Position numbers and translations under genes: made by a program. Under the pieces are notes generated by a model that had not been told where the DNA came from, did not search any database, and was given only the letters and a program-made list of their open reading frames with translations. Source: Nitrospirota bacterium (GTDB lineage: Bacteria > Nitrospirota > Thermodesulfovibrionia > UBA6902). Taken from it: DNA of 64,000 nt. Positions 18,656 to 28,964 of this stretch are shown piece by piece; position 1 is the stretch's first letter, and each line of letters opens with the position of its first letter. Where the stretch lies: positions 16,279 through 80,278 of the forward strand of contig JACRLN010000033.1 in assembly GCA_016215115.1 (NCBI GenBank). The letters run 5' to 3'.

Positions 18656-19677
18656 GGATAGCCCTGGATGCAATGGGCGGCGATTACGCCCCTGCTACAA
18701 CTGTTGAAGGCGCTGTAGAGGCGCTTATTGAAAACAATGATCTCTCGGTTATTCTCGTAGGTGATGAAGCTGAGATATCTTTGGAACTCAAGAAGAAAAA
18801 CTACAAGGGCCTGCAGATAAGCATTAAACATGCCTCTCAAACAGTTGAAATGGATGAGTCTCCTCTTACGGCCTTAAGACGCAAGAAAGATTCATCATTA
18901 AGGGTAGCAGTAGACCTTGTGAAATCCAATGAAGCTGATGCGATGGTCAGCGCCGGCAATTCAGGGGTGGTTATGGCTACGGCCCTTCATGTCCTTGGAA
19001 AGATCCAGGGCATTGAAAGACCTGCAATAGCTGCGGTAATGCCTACCCTGAAAGGCCGTTTTGTTCTCATAGATGCCGGCGCAAATGTTGATTGCAAACC
19101 GTTACACCTCTATCAGTTCGCAATAATGGGAGAGGCATATGCACGTTACATATTCAATATTGAGAACCCTAAAATCGGACTTCTCGGGATCGGGGAGGAA
19201 GACGCAAAAGGCAATGAACTCACGAAGGAATCAGGCAAGCTTTTAAGAAATTCTCACGTTAATTTTATCGGCAATGTAGAGGGAAAAGATATATTTGCCG
19301 GCGAAGCAGATGTAGTAGTTTGTGACGGGTTTGTGGGTAATATCGCCCTGAAGATAAGCGAAGGGTTGGCTGAGGCGACTTCAAAAATGCTCAAAAGAGA
19401 AATTTCTGAAAGGGTGTCCGGTAGGATCGGCTATCTATTATTAAAAAATGCGTTCAGAAGTTTCAGAAAAAAAACCGATTATTCAGAGTATGGCGGCGCT
19501 CCCCTTCTGGGCCTCAGCAAACCATGCATTATAAGCCATGGACGTTCAACCTCAAAAGCCATAAAAAATGCAATAAAGCTTGCAGCCACCTGTCACAGCA
19601 AAAGAGTTCTTGAGGTTATATCAAAGGAAATCAATGAGGGTATTTCAAGGAGGGAAGAGGTTGCCATTAAGAAGTAG
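18652..19677 (+). CDS. plsX: phosphate acyltransferase
   Basis: ALDAMGGD, DAGAN, CDGFVGN, SHGRS. Confidence 0.97.
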   Translation: MRIALDAMGGDYAPATTVEGAVEALIENNDLSVILVGDEAEISLELKKKNYKGLQISIKHASQTVEMDESPLTALRRKKDSSLRVAVDLVKSNEADAMVSAGNSGVVMATALHVLGKIQGIERPAIAAVMPTLKGRFVLIDAGANVDCKPLHLYQFAIMGEAYARYIFNIENPKIGLLGIGEEDAKGNELTKESGKLLRNSHVNFIGNVEGKDIFAGEADVVVCDGFVGNIALKISEGLAEATSKMLKREISERVSGRIGYLLLKNAFRSFRKKTDYSEYGGAPLLGLSKPCIISHGRSTSKAIKNAIKLAATCHSKRVLEVISKEINEGISRREEVAIKK

Positions 19678-20644
19678 GATAACAGGCACAGGTTCATACG
19701 CTCCCGAAAATGTTCTCACCAATTTTGATCTTGAAAAGAAGGTTGATACCTCAGACGAATGGATTACCGAGAGAACAGGTATAAAAGAGCGGAGGATTGC
19801 AAGGGATACTGAGACGACTTCCGACCTTTGTCTTGAGGCCTCAAAAAAGGCCTTGCAGGCAGCGCATCTGAAACCCGGAGAGATAGAGTTGATTATTGTT
19901 GCGACAATGAGCGGGGATATGCCGATGCCGTCCACTGCGTCTTTGCTCCAGAAAAAACTCCACGCTAAAAACGCCGCAGCTTTTGATCTGAATGCAGCAT
20001 GCAGCGGTTTTTTGTACGGTCTTTCGGTAGCTGACAATTTTATTAAGGGCGGAACTTTCAGAAAGATCCTCCTTGTCGGGGCTGAGGTTATGTCAAAATT
20101 CATTGACTGGCAGGACCGTTCGACATGCGTGTTATTCGGAGACGGCGCAGGCGCTGTGATACTTGAGAAAACGACGGGACAAAGGGGGATACTTTCAACC
20201 CGTCTTTTTTCTGACGGTAACCTGTGGGATTTTATCTGTTTGCCGGGGGGCGGTTCTCAATATCCTCCTTCTTCAAAGACCTTGAAAAATAAATTGCATT
20301 TTATAAAGATGAAGGGTAACGAGACATTTAAGATTGCTGTGAGGACCCTTGAAAAACTTGTTGTAGATACGCTGAGGAAAAACAATATAAAGCTTTCTGA
20401 ACTGGCAATGTTGATCCCGCATCAGGCAAATTTGAGAATAATAAAGGCAACTGCGGAAAGGCTGAATCTGCCGATGAGCAAAGTTGCTGTTAATCTTGAA
20501 AGATACGGCAATACCTCAAGCGCATCGATACCGATAGCGCTTGATGAAGTTGTGAGAAAAGGCAGGATCAAGAAAAATGATTATGTTCTTCTGGAGGCTT
20601 TTGGCGCAGGACTGACCTGGGCGTCGGCGCTTATTAGATGGTGA
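19661..20644 (+). CDS. fabH: beta-ketoacyl-ACP synthase III (TTG start)
   Basis: AACSG, HQAN, GNTSSAS; SD AGGAGG before TTG 19661. Confidence 0.95.
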   Translation: MPLRSRITGTGSYAPENVLTNFDLEKKVDTSDEWITERTGIKERRIARDTETTSDLCLEASKKALQAAHLKPGEIELIIVATMSGDMPMPSTASLLQKKLHAKNAAAFDLNAACSGFLYGLSVADNFIKGGTFRKILLVGAEVMSKFIDWQDRSTCVLFGDGAGAVILEKTTGQRGILSTRLFSDGNLWDFICLPGGGSQYPPSSKTLKNKLHFIKMKGNETFKIAVRTLEKLVVDTLRKNNIKLSELAMLIPHQANLRIIKATAERLNLPMSKVAVNLERYGNTSSASIPIALDEVVRKGRIKKNDYVLLEAFGAGLTWASALIRW

Positions 20645-20689
20645 TTGAAAATTTCAAATTTCAAATTTGAAATTTATTATGGAGGTATG

Positions 20690-21850
20690 ATGGATTACTT
20701 TTTGACTGAAGATCAGACAATGATAAGAGACCTTGCACGGGAGATAGCAGAAGAAAAAGTAATGCCTGTCAGGGCTGAACTGGATGAGAAAGAAGAATTC
20801 CCCTGGGAAATTATGAAGACCCTTGCGCAATCTGATTTTATGGGTATTTATATCCCTGAAGAATATGGAGGCATGGGAAAAGGCGGTTTTGAGTTGACAT
20901 TGGCGATTGAAGAATTAAGCAAGGCATGTCTCGGCGTATCAACGTCTTTCGCGGCAAATGCCCTCGGGACGTATCCCATTCTCCTTTACGGTTCTGATGA
21001 ACAGAAGAAAAAATATCTTCCGGATATAGCTTCAGGAAAAAAGCTTGTTGCCTTTGCGCTTACAGAGGCAAATGCGGGCAGTGATGCCGCAGGCGTTCAG
21101 ACAACTGCAAAGCTTGAGGGCAACAAATATGTTCTTAACGGCACAAAACAGTGGATAACCAACGGTGGCGAGGCGGAAATTTACACGGTAATAGCAATAA
21201 CAGATAAAAACAAGGGGGCCAGAGGCGCGTCTGCCTTTATAGTCGAAAAAGGAACGCCGGGGTTCACTTTCGGAAAGAAGGAAAATAAACTTGGAATACG
21301 GGCCTCCTCGACAAGAGAACTTATCTTTGAAAACTGCCGCATTCCAAAGGAAAACCTCATATCGAAGGAAGGCATGGGGTTTATTGTTGCTATGAAGACT
21401 CTTGATAAATCGAGGACAGGAGTCGGTGCGCAGGGTGTCGGTGTTGCGCAGGGCGCCTTTGAGGCGGCGGCAAATTACGCAAAAGAAAGGCACCAGTTTG
21501 GACAACCGGTGATCAGCATTCAGGCCATACAGCATATTCTTGCCGATATGGCAACACAGATCGAAGCGGCGAGGGCGCTGGTATATTCAGTCGCGAAATA
21601 TATTGACAGCGAGGCAAAAGACATATCAAAAGAATCCGCAATGGCAAAATTATTTGCCACAGATGTTGCAATGAAGGTTACCGTGGATGCAGTGCAGGTT
21701 ATGGGTGGAGCAGGATATATGAGGGAGTACCCTGTTGAAAAGATGATGCGTGATGCAAAGATCCTGCAGATTTATGAAGGCACGAACCAGATACAGAGAA
21801 ACGTCATCGGACAGGCGTTGATAAAAGAAACAGCAAAGAAGAAGGAATAA
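20690..21850 (+). CDS. acyl-CoA dehydrogenase (Bcd/CarC-like)
   Basis: FALTEANAGSDA, NGTKQWITNG, IYEGTNQIQR. Confidence 0.93.
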   Translation: MDYFLTEDQTMIRDLAREIAEEKVMPVRAELDEKEEFPWEIMKTLAQSDFMGIYIPEEYGGMGKGGFELTLAIEELSKACLGVSTSFAANALGTYPILLYGSDEQKKKYLPDIASGKKLVAFALTEANAGSDAAGVQTTAKLEGNKYVLNGTKQWITNGGEAEIYTVIAITDKNKGARGASAFIVEKGTPGFTFGKKENKLGIRASSTRELIFENCRIPKENLISKEGMGFIVAMKTLDKSRTGVGAQGVGVAQGAFEAAANYAKERHQFGQPVISIQAIQHILADMATQIEAARALVYSVAKYIDSEAKDISKESAMAKLFATDVAMKVTVDAVQVMGGAGYMREYPVEKMMRDAKILQIYEGTNQIQRNVIGQALIKETAKKKE

Positions 21851-21853
21851 TAT

Positions 21854-22561
21854 ATGGATACAGACTGGCAGGAACTTGAAGATGTACGGAAAAAGTGTGT
21901 GGAATTTGACGGAGAATTAGATACATTTTATCAGTCTTTGAGAGAAATCAAGGAAATAAGAGATTCTGTCAGAGATCTCCCGGAAAAATTAAAACAGAAT
22001 GAAGAAGAAATCGAGAAACATAAAAGGGAAATTGAATGCATGATGACTTCTGCAGGCGATTTGCTGATTAATTTTGAAGAGCAGGCAAAGGGTTTATTTT
22101 ATGATCTGGAAAAGAAAACCGAAAATTTAGCTGGCGATGTAAGATCGAACATCTCTGAACTTAAGAATATCTTTGAAATAGACTCTCAAAAATTACATAA
22201 TGAACAGAAAGAAAGAATCGAACAAATTACACTAACATATGAACAGATAAAAATATTTTTTAAAAACATAAAAAGTGTTATTGACTCTCACGAACAGTCA
22301 ATCAATACGTTGAATGATAATTATGCCAATAGTTTAGAGATGATTCAAAGGTCTGAACAATCTTTTAAGGAAATTCAGAAGACCGTATCTGAATTAATAA
22401 AAAGACCAGATGAACCGGACAACAGGATAAAAGCAGTGGAAGCACAATTAAAAGAATTGTTTTTTACCAAGCTTGAAAGACAGAAAAACATCATCTTGTG
22501 GATGCTGGCAGCAGTTATAATTAGTGTTGTCTTTATTGTTTTCTATGTGATGTGGCATTAG
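21854..22561 (+). CDS. coiled-coil protein with C-terminal membrane anchor
   Basis: heptad-rich; single hydrophobic C-terminal helix. Confidence 0.7.
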   Translation: MDTDWQELEDVRKKCVEFDGELDTFYQSLREIKEIRDSVRDLPEKLKQNEEEIEKHKREIECMMTSAGDLLINFEEQAKGLFYDLEKKTENLAGDVRSNISELKNIFEIDSQKLHNEQKERIEQITLTYEQIKIFFKNIKSVIDSHEQSINTLNDNYANSLEMIQRSEQSFKEIQKTVSELIKRPDEPDNRIKAVEAQLKELFFTKLERQKNIILWMLAAVIISVVFIVFYVMWH

Positions 22562-22592
22562 TGATAACCGCATAAATAATGTCCGCTTTTTC

Positions 22593-22650
22593 GTCATTCC
22601 CGCATGTCGTTAGCGGGAATCCAGAAGTTATTAGCCTCTGGATTCCCGAT
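22593..22650. repeat. truncated GTCATTCCCGC REP-like doublet
   Basis: GTCATTCCCGC..GCGGGAATCCAG..CTGGATTCCCG. Confidence 0.75.
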
Positions 22651-22830
22651 TGGAAAATCAAACATGAAGAATTCCCCCCTATTTCCGGATATCATTACAA
22701 AATACATGATATCCAATCAGCAAAGTTTAAAAATTTAAAATAATTCTTGTCAGTCCATAAGAAAAAAAAGTATATTCTTGTAGATATCCAGAAACGGTAT
22801 AATTATTGGTTGTGACTCAAAAATAATATT

Positions 22831-23505
22831 ATGAAAAAGCAATATATAAAAAACAAATTAGATGAGCTTATATCCACTGGGAAAGAACCGAAATATGAAT
22901 CCTTATCAATAAAAGAATTCATCACAGAGTTTGATTATGCTACGAGATATCTATCAAGATTATTGAAAGCCCGTTCCTTAACAATGTATTTGCTTTTATT
23001 CAAAAAAGCTTATCTTGAAGAAGGTAAAAGGATCATTTCTATGAGAGCATCTGAGCTTAGTGAAAACTTGCTCTCAGATTTAGGACAACCAATGTCAAAT
23101 GATACCGTGAGAAAAGGGATTAATGAACTTGTCCAAAAGAAAATTATTAGTGTAAGTTCTTCAGTAAAGCCGGGGCAAATAAACCAATACGAAGTAAGAT
23201 TACCGTCAGAACTTAGAGAAGTTCAGGAGATGATAAGTAAAGACAAGGAACAGCTTAATAAATCTTTTATGATTCAAGAGATGATTACTTTACTGACCAA
23301 GAAAAGAGAATAGAAATACGGACATAATTATAAATCTAATTTAGTTTCTTCATGTAAAGTATGTAATACCAAGAAAAATAATATTGATGCTCAATCTTTT
23401 CTATTGCAAAACTACCGAAAAGACTTACTTTCACAAGATGAATATTAATCACAAAAAGATAAATTAAAGTATTTGATTGAAGACTATGACAACTTAAAAA
23501 CATAA
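22831..23505 (+). pseudogene. HTH + HNH endonuclease pseudogene
   Basis: 160-aa wHTH-like ORF; shifted frames give DDYFTDQEKRIEI then GHNYKSNLVSSCKVCNTKK (HNH C-terminal motif), with an internal stop. Confidence 0.65.
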
Positions 23506-23580
23506 CCTGACGCTGCGTACTGAGATATATGAGAACAAATGGCCAGTATAGACGGTGTACCTACTGTTGCTGTAACTATT

Positions 23581-24402
23581 ATGGACAAAACCGGTAGAAA
23601 CAATCCATGTCCGTGTGGCAGCGGCAAGAAGTACAAAAAGTGTTGCCTCGACAAGAAACCACGTGAACACACGGTAATTGTTGCCTCTCCTGAACCTCTC
23701 CACGGTTTTTATTACGACAAAGAAAGGTTGGAGTTTAGCGGCCTGACACTCGACGATCGATTGATCAAACCTGTTATCACCTATTCCCAGACCCACTATA
23801 AAAGCGACTCGGGAAAGGAAAAGGTAATTGCTCGAATTCAGGACAAGGTTATCCCCAATGAAGCAGATCTCATGAGACACCTGTCTTCAGATTTTGATTT
23901 GATCGTAGCTATCGACACAAATACAAGAATGATTCGAAGTGAAAGAATATCTGTAAGCGGCGTTGTTCATTGTGTTCTGCAGCGCATGGCCGACCCTTAT
24001 AGCAACGACGTGAACTTTCCGTGGCATGAGGTTGTTCTTTTTCGAAACTGCCCAAGCGACTTGCCTTCCGAGAAATTCGGATGGATGACCGTGATACAGA
24101 GAATTAATTGCGAACCGCCGAATAAGCTAAAAAGGTTCGCTATCGTAACAGATCACGATTTGGACAACCACACATCGTACAATAGCAAGAGAACGGCCAT
24201 TTTCAAGAACTTTTATTTGCCAGACAATTTTACGTTCATGTATGGAAGGGGTGATGGCCCAAACCAAAGCCTCCTGAATTATCTTGTGAAGCAGTGCGAC
24301 AAAGAATCAACAGAAGTGCTCAGAATGATCGAGCAGACCGGCTATTATCAGCATGGGGACGAGAAGTGTTCAATTGACCAAATCCCTGTGCCCGGTTCGT
24401 AG
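23581..24402 (+). CDS. SEC-C motif protein
   Basis: GRNNPCPCGSGKKYKKCC; the rest is of unknown function (IVAIDT acidic motif). Confidence 0.8.
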   Translation: MDKTGRNNPCPCGSGKKYKKCCLDKKPREHTVIVASPEPLHGFYYDKERLEFSGLTLDDRLIKPVITYSQTHYKSDSGKEKVIARIQDKVIPNEADLMRHLSSDFDLIVAIDTNTRMIRSERISVSGVVHCVLQRMADPYSNDVNFPWHEVVLFRNCPSDLPSEKFGWMTVIQRINCEPPNKLKRFAIVTDHDLDNHTSYNSKRTAIFKNFYLPDNFTFMYGRGDGPNQSLLNYLVKQCDKESTEVLRMIEQTGYYQHGDEKCSIDQIPVPGS

Positions 24403-24425
24403 ATAGGTAGGAAGAAGATCGGTAG

Positions 24426-24815
24426 AACATTGGTTTTGGATGGAATGGCGGAGGGATACTTCTTGATCCGTCTGTTCAGAGCCCAAAACTTATCGCTGTA
24501 TGGACTAAGCTTGAACCCTTACCGTTGGTAGTGAATGCCCCGGCTCCAATTATCTTGGGGCTTATCTTATTCGGCATCGGTCATGCTTTCATTTATCGAT
24601 GGATCGCGCCTTTTTGGCCGGAAGGGATTAAAGCACGGGCATGGCGCATGGCTGCCCTTGTATTTTTTCTCTCATTTCTATTCTGGGAGTTTTTTACGCC
24701 TTTCAACCAATTCGGAGAGCCTCTGCCGTTGATTGGGTTAGAAATGACATTCTGGGCAACTATTGCTATTGCAGAGGCTTTCGTCATTGCGACGGTGTTT
24801 GAACGGGGAAAATGA
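24426..24815 (+). pseudogene. 5'-truncated membrane protein
   Basis: frame is open upstream of the GTG (IGFGWNGGGILLDPSVQSPKLIAVW) without a start or SD; three TM-like segments. Confidence 0.55.
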
Positions 24816-24908
24816 AATATTACTCAGAAGAAGAATAGTCTTTCGCGACTTTTCTGACAGGGTTTACCTCTCCGAACTTAATTTCGTATAATACCACTCT
24901 GAATTTAC

Positions 24909-24936
24909 GTAGGGGCGTATTGCTATACGCCCCTAC
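24909..24936. repeat. GTAG-type REP palindrome
   Basis: GTAGGGGCGTATTGCTATACGCCCCTAC. Confidence 0.85.
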
Positions 24937-24962
24937 TCATAAAACATGGAGGAAATTTCGCG

Positions 24963-25745
24963 GTGAACATTATTGTCTGCATAAAACAGGTTCCCGATAC
25001 ATCGGAGATAAAGATTAATCCTGAAACAAACACGCTAATGAGGGAAGGCGTTCCAAGTATCATCAATCCTTTTGATTTATATGCCCTTGAGGCTGGAATA
25101 CAGATAAAGGAGAAGCTTGGAGGCAAAGTCACTGTTCTGACCATGGGACCTCCGCAGGCAGAAACCGCTCTCAGAGAAGCCATCTCAATGGGAGCTGATG
25201 AGGCGGTGCTTCTTTCAGACAGGGCTTTTGCAGGCTCTGATACATGGGCGACTTCATATACGCTTGCACAGGCGATAAAGAAGTTTGGCGCTGATATTAT
25301 TTTCTGCGGCAAACAGGCGATAGACGGCGATACCGCACAGGTGGGCCCTGAGACAGCGGAATTTTTAGGGATCCCGCATATTTCATATATCAGAAAAATA
25401 GAGGAGATAAAGGATGATTACATAAGAGTTCAGAGACTTATGGATGAAGGATACGATATAGTGGAGACCGGATTGCCTGTATTGCTTACAGTTGTCAAGG
25501 AATTAAATCAGCCAAGGATGCCTTCTCTGAAGGGCAAGATGGCAGCGAAAAAGGCTGAGATAAAGAAGATGGGAAAGGCAGAAATAGAAGCTGATGAAGA
25601 TAATATCGGGCTGAAAGGTTCTCCCACACAGGTGAAAAATATTTTTGCACCGCAAATAAAGGCAGAGAGAAAAATGATCAAGGGCAGTTCCGAAGAACAG
25701 GCAGATGCCTTGATAGATGAATTGAGGAAGATTAAATGCATATGA
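24963..25745 (+). CDS. etfB: electron transfer flavoprotein beta subunit
   Basis: CIKQVPD, NPFD, DRAFAGSDT, GKQAIDGDTAQVG. Confidence 0.96.
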   Translation: MNIIVCIKQVPDTSEIKINPETNTLMREGVPSIINPFDLYALEAGIQIKEKLGGKVTVLTMGPPQAETALREAISMGADEAVLLSDRAFAGSDTWATSYTLAQAIKKFGADIIFCGKQAIDGDTAQVGPETAEFLGIPHISYIRKIEEIKDDYIRVQRLMDEGYDIVETGLPVLLTVVKELNQPRMPSLKGKMAAKKAEIKKMGKAEIEADEDNIGLKGSPTQVKNIFAPQIKAERKMIKGSSEEQADALIDELRKIKCI

Positions 25746-25809
25746 GCCGAAGGCGAATGAATATGATAAATAAGAAAATCTTACATTGGATTCCCGGAGA
25801 GAATACTAA

Positions 25810-27009
25810 ATGCCTATAGTTGTTAGAGTTGATAAATGTACCGGATGTGAAACGTGTTTAACTTCATGCCCTTTTGATGCTATTGTGATGAAAGAGGGGA
25901 AGGCCTTTATCAATGAGTACTGCAATTACTGCAAGACATGCATTTCTGTATGCCCTGAGGGGGCAATAATTGAGACAGAAGAAATTTCAAATCTCAAATC
26001 TCAAATCTCAAATATCAAAGATTATAAAGATGTGCTTGTTTTTGCTGAACAGAGGGAAGGGAAGGTTGCGCCTGTATCTTATGAGTTACTTGGAATTGGC
26101 AGGAAGCTTGCTGATGAACTCGGTGCAAAACTGTTAGCCTTCTTATTAGGCGCTGATGAATCTGAAGCAACGGAACTGATCAAATGGGGAGCTGACAGGG
26201 TTTACCTGTGCAATGATTCAGAGTTAATTAAATTTAACGATGATTCCTACGCTGATATTCTCACCAGGGTTATTAATGAACAAAAGCCTTCTATCGTACT
26301 TGCAGGGGCGACGCCGATCGGAAGGTCATTTATCCCAAGGGTTGCAGCACGGCTTAGAACAGGACTTACAGCAGACTGTACTTCACTTGAGATAGATAAA
26401 GTGTCAAAGAATCTCCTTCAGGTACGTCCGGCTTTCGGCGGCAATATTATGGCCACGATTCTCTGCCCTGATTATCGTCCGCAGATGGCAACTGTCAGGC
26501 CACGCGTGATGAAAAGGGGTTCTTATGATGAAAACAGAACAGGCGAAATTCTCAATATACAAATGGATAACATCACTGCAAGAACAAAAGTAATCGAGTC
26601 TATCAAGGAGGTTTCCGGGATCAGCGTCAATCTCCACGAAGCTGAATTCATCGTGGCAGGCGGGAGGGGAGCAGCCGGTGAAAAGGGATTCAAACTTCTT
26701 GAAGAACTTGCGCAGGTGCTGGGCGGAGTCGTCGGCGCGTCGCGTGCCGCTGTTGACGAAGGATGGATTTCTTACAGCCATCAGGTCGGGCAGACAGGCA
26801 AGACCGTGAATCCTAAAATTTATATCGCCTGCGGAATTTCAGGCGCTGTTCAGCATCTCGTCGGAATGCAGTCATCGGACATCATCATCGCCATCAATAA
26901 AAATCCCGAAGCCCCGATTTTCAACGTCGCGACATACGGCATTGTCGGAGACCTGTTTGAGATAGTGCCGATGCTGACTAAGAGGATAAAAGAAATAAAA
27001 GGGATGTAA
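25810..27009 (+). CDS. etfA: electron transfer flavoprotein alpha subunit with N-terminal 2x[4Fe-4S] ferredoxin
   Basis: two CxxCxxCxxxCP motifs, GLTADC, QVGQTGK, GISGAVQH. Confidence 0.96.
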   Translation: MPIVVRVDKCTGCETCLTSCPFDAIVMKEGKAFINEYCNYCKTCISVCPEGAIIETEEISNLKSQISNIKDYKDVLVFAEQREGKVAPVSYELLGIGRKLADELGAKLLAFLLGADESEATELIKWGADRVYLCNDSELIKFNDDSYADILTRVINEQKPSIVLAGATPIGRSFIPRVAARLRTGLTADCTSLEIDKVSKNLLQVRPAFGGNIMATILCPDYRPQMATVRPRVMKRGSYDENRTGEILNIQMDNITARTKVIESIKEVSGISVNLHEAEFIVAGGRGAAGEKGFKLLEELAQVLGGVVGASRAAVDEGWISYSHQVGQTGKTVNPKIYIACGISGAVQHLVGMQSSDIIIAINKNPEAPIFNVATYGIVGDLFEIVPMLTKRIKEIKGM

Positions 27010-27020
27010 CGGCCTTTCAG

Positions 27021-27671
27021 TTAATCTTTGGTATTAACATCCCTCTCTACAATAATGACCTCGCAGGAATGAGACCATAGATCTTTGATAAGGTTATCAC
27101 CGCCTGCTCCTTGAATGCAGAGGTAGTGCATATATCCGCCGTCCGGTTTGGGGTATGATAAAAAGGTATGGACCTGACAATGATGCTTTAAACACAGTTC
27201 TATATAATCGTTTGGCGCTTTGTCCGTATCGTTGCCTTTATCAAAAAATAGTATACGATAGCTGGTTTTATAGGAAAGGATGCTCCATATGGCTTTGAAT
27301 ATATCCGATTCAGTGATAAGTCCTTTAATTTGTCCTTCCTTTACAACGGGCATGGCTCCGATCTTGTGTTTAAGCATCAGAAATGCAGCCATTTCCAGGT
27401 GGTCGTTTGGACTTAAAACGTGAACATGAGTCGTCATAACATCCTTAACAGATATATTTATACTTGCTTCGCCTTCCTGGGTGGACTGCCAAAGTGTTCG
27501 CGGAAGAACGCGATACAGGTCCCGCTCACTTATCATTCCAACAAGCTGATTGTTTTCCAGTACCGGGGCTCTCCGGATGTGATGTCTCTTGAGATAATGT
27601 AATGCTTCAAGACATCTTTGTTCAGGAAAAAGCGTAATTACTTCGGGAGTCATGAAATATCTGACTAACAT
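27021..27671 (-). CDS. CBS-pair protein (AcuB-like)
   Basis: tandem CBS motifs (IRRAPV, IGAMPV, GLITESD). Confidence 0.85.
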   Translation of the reverse strand: MLVRYFMTPEVITLFPEQRCLEALHYLKRHHIRRAPVLENNQLVGMISERDLYRVLPRTLWQSTQEGEASINISVKDVMTTHVHVLSPNDHLEMAAFLMLKHKIGAMPVVKEGQIKGLITESDIFKAIWSILSYKTSYRILFFDKGNDTDKAPNDYIELCLKHHCQVHTFLSYPKPDGGYMHYLCIQGAGGDNLIKDLWSHSCEVIIVERDVNTKD

Positions 27672-27803
27672 AGAATTATTGTACCGTCCCGAAAATTTTG
27701 TTTAATAAATTAATACAGCATCGATAACGCTTCATGTTGGATATACTTACCTCCCGTGTATAATTATTCGGCTAAAATGACACATTACATTAGGGTTGAT
27801 TCG

Positions 27804-27961
27804 GTAACCCTTCAGTTACGGGTTGCAATAATTGTTTAAAGCGTGTCATCCCCGCAGTCCTTTGAGCGGGGATCCAGTTCTCCGGTTTCTGGATTCCCGC
27901 TTAACAGATCGCGGGAATGACAATCCAAATACTTTTTTGTCACCCGTAACTGAGGGGTTAC
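27804..27961. mobile_element. MITE family B, intact, 8-bp target duplication
   Basis: TIR GTAACCCTTCAGTTACGGGT/ACCCGTAACTGAGGGGTTAC; TTGATTCG on both sides. Confidence 0.92.
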
Positions 27962-28028
27962 TTGATTCGTTGATTTAGAATAGACCAAAAGGTATAATTT
28001 TCAGGCAGTCTTATTATTTCAGGAGGTT

Positions 28029-28964
28029 ATGATCAAAATGAAAATCGCGTTTGTCTTCCCCGGTCAGGGTTCGCAGCATGTTGGGATGGGAAAAGATTTA
28101 TATGATAATTTTGAAGAAGTAAAAGAAATATACAAAAAAGCATCTGACGCTTTAGGATATGATGTTGCCGAACTCAGTTTCAACGGACCTGAGAATGAAC
28201 TGAATAAAACTTTCAGGACCCAGCCGTGCCTTCTCACTGCAAGTTATGCCGCGTTTAAAATCCTTTCTGCAAAAGGCATAACACCTTTTTTCACAGCAGG
28301 CCATAGCCTCGGTGAATATACTGCTGTAACGGCTGCAGGCGTCATTTCTTTCACCGACGCTGTAAAGCTTACCGAGAAGAGGGGCAAGTACATGCAGGAA
28401 TCAGTTCCTGAAGGGACGGGTTTGATGGCTGCTATTATCGGCCTCGATAGAGATGCGATAAAAAGCGTATGCGGTTCTGTTAAATCCGGTTACGCAGCTC
28501 CTGCAAATTATAATTGTCCGGGACAGATTGTTATTGCCGGTGAAAAAAACGCCGTTGAAGAGGCGATAGAACTTGCCAAGAATGCAGGAGCAAAACGGGC
28601 AATACCGCTTGCCGTCTCAGCGCCTTCACATTGTGCGTTAATGAAAAATGCATCGGAAAAACTTGCTGCCTTACTGAATAACACTCAATTGCATTTAGCG
28701 CAAATTCCGGTCGTGAACAATGCGGACGCCGCATTTTTAAGAGACCCGCAGGAAATTAAATCATCACTTGTGCGCCAACTGAATCAGCCGCTTTTATGGG
28801 AGGATTCTGTCAAGGCAATGGTCGAAAACGGTATAGATACTTTTATAGAAGTGGGCCCTAAAAAAGTCCTTTCCGGACTGATAAAGAGGATAGACGGGAA
28901 TGTGAAGATCTTTAATGTCGAGGATACAAAGAGTCTTGGAGACACATTAAGCGCATTGTCTTAG
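28029..28964 (+). CDS. fabD: malonyl-CoA:ACP transacylase
   Basis: FPGQGSQ, GHSLGE, EVGP. Confidence 0.97.
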   Translation: MIKMKIAFVFPGQGSQHVGMGKDLYDNFEEVKEIYKKASDALGYDVAELSFNGPENELNKTFRTQPCLLTASYAAFKILSAKGITPFFTAGHSLGEYTAVTAAGVISFTDAVKLTEKRGKYMQESVPEGTGLMAAIIGLDRDAIKSVCGSVKSGYAAPANYNCPGQIVIAGEKNAVEEAIELAKNAGAKRAIPLAVSAPSHCALMKNASEKLAALLNNTQLHLAQIPVVNNADAAFLRDPQEIKSSLVRQLNQPLLWEDSVKAMVENGIDTFIEVGPKKVLSGLIKRIDGNVKIFNVEDTKSLGDTLSALS

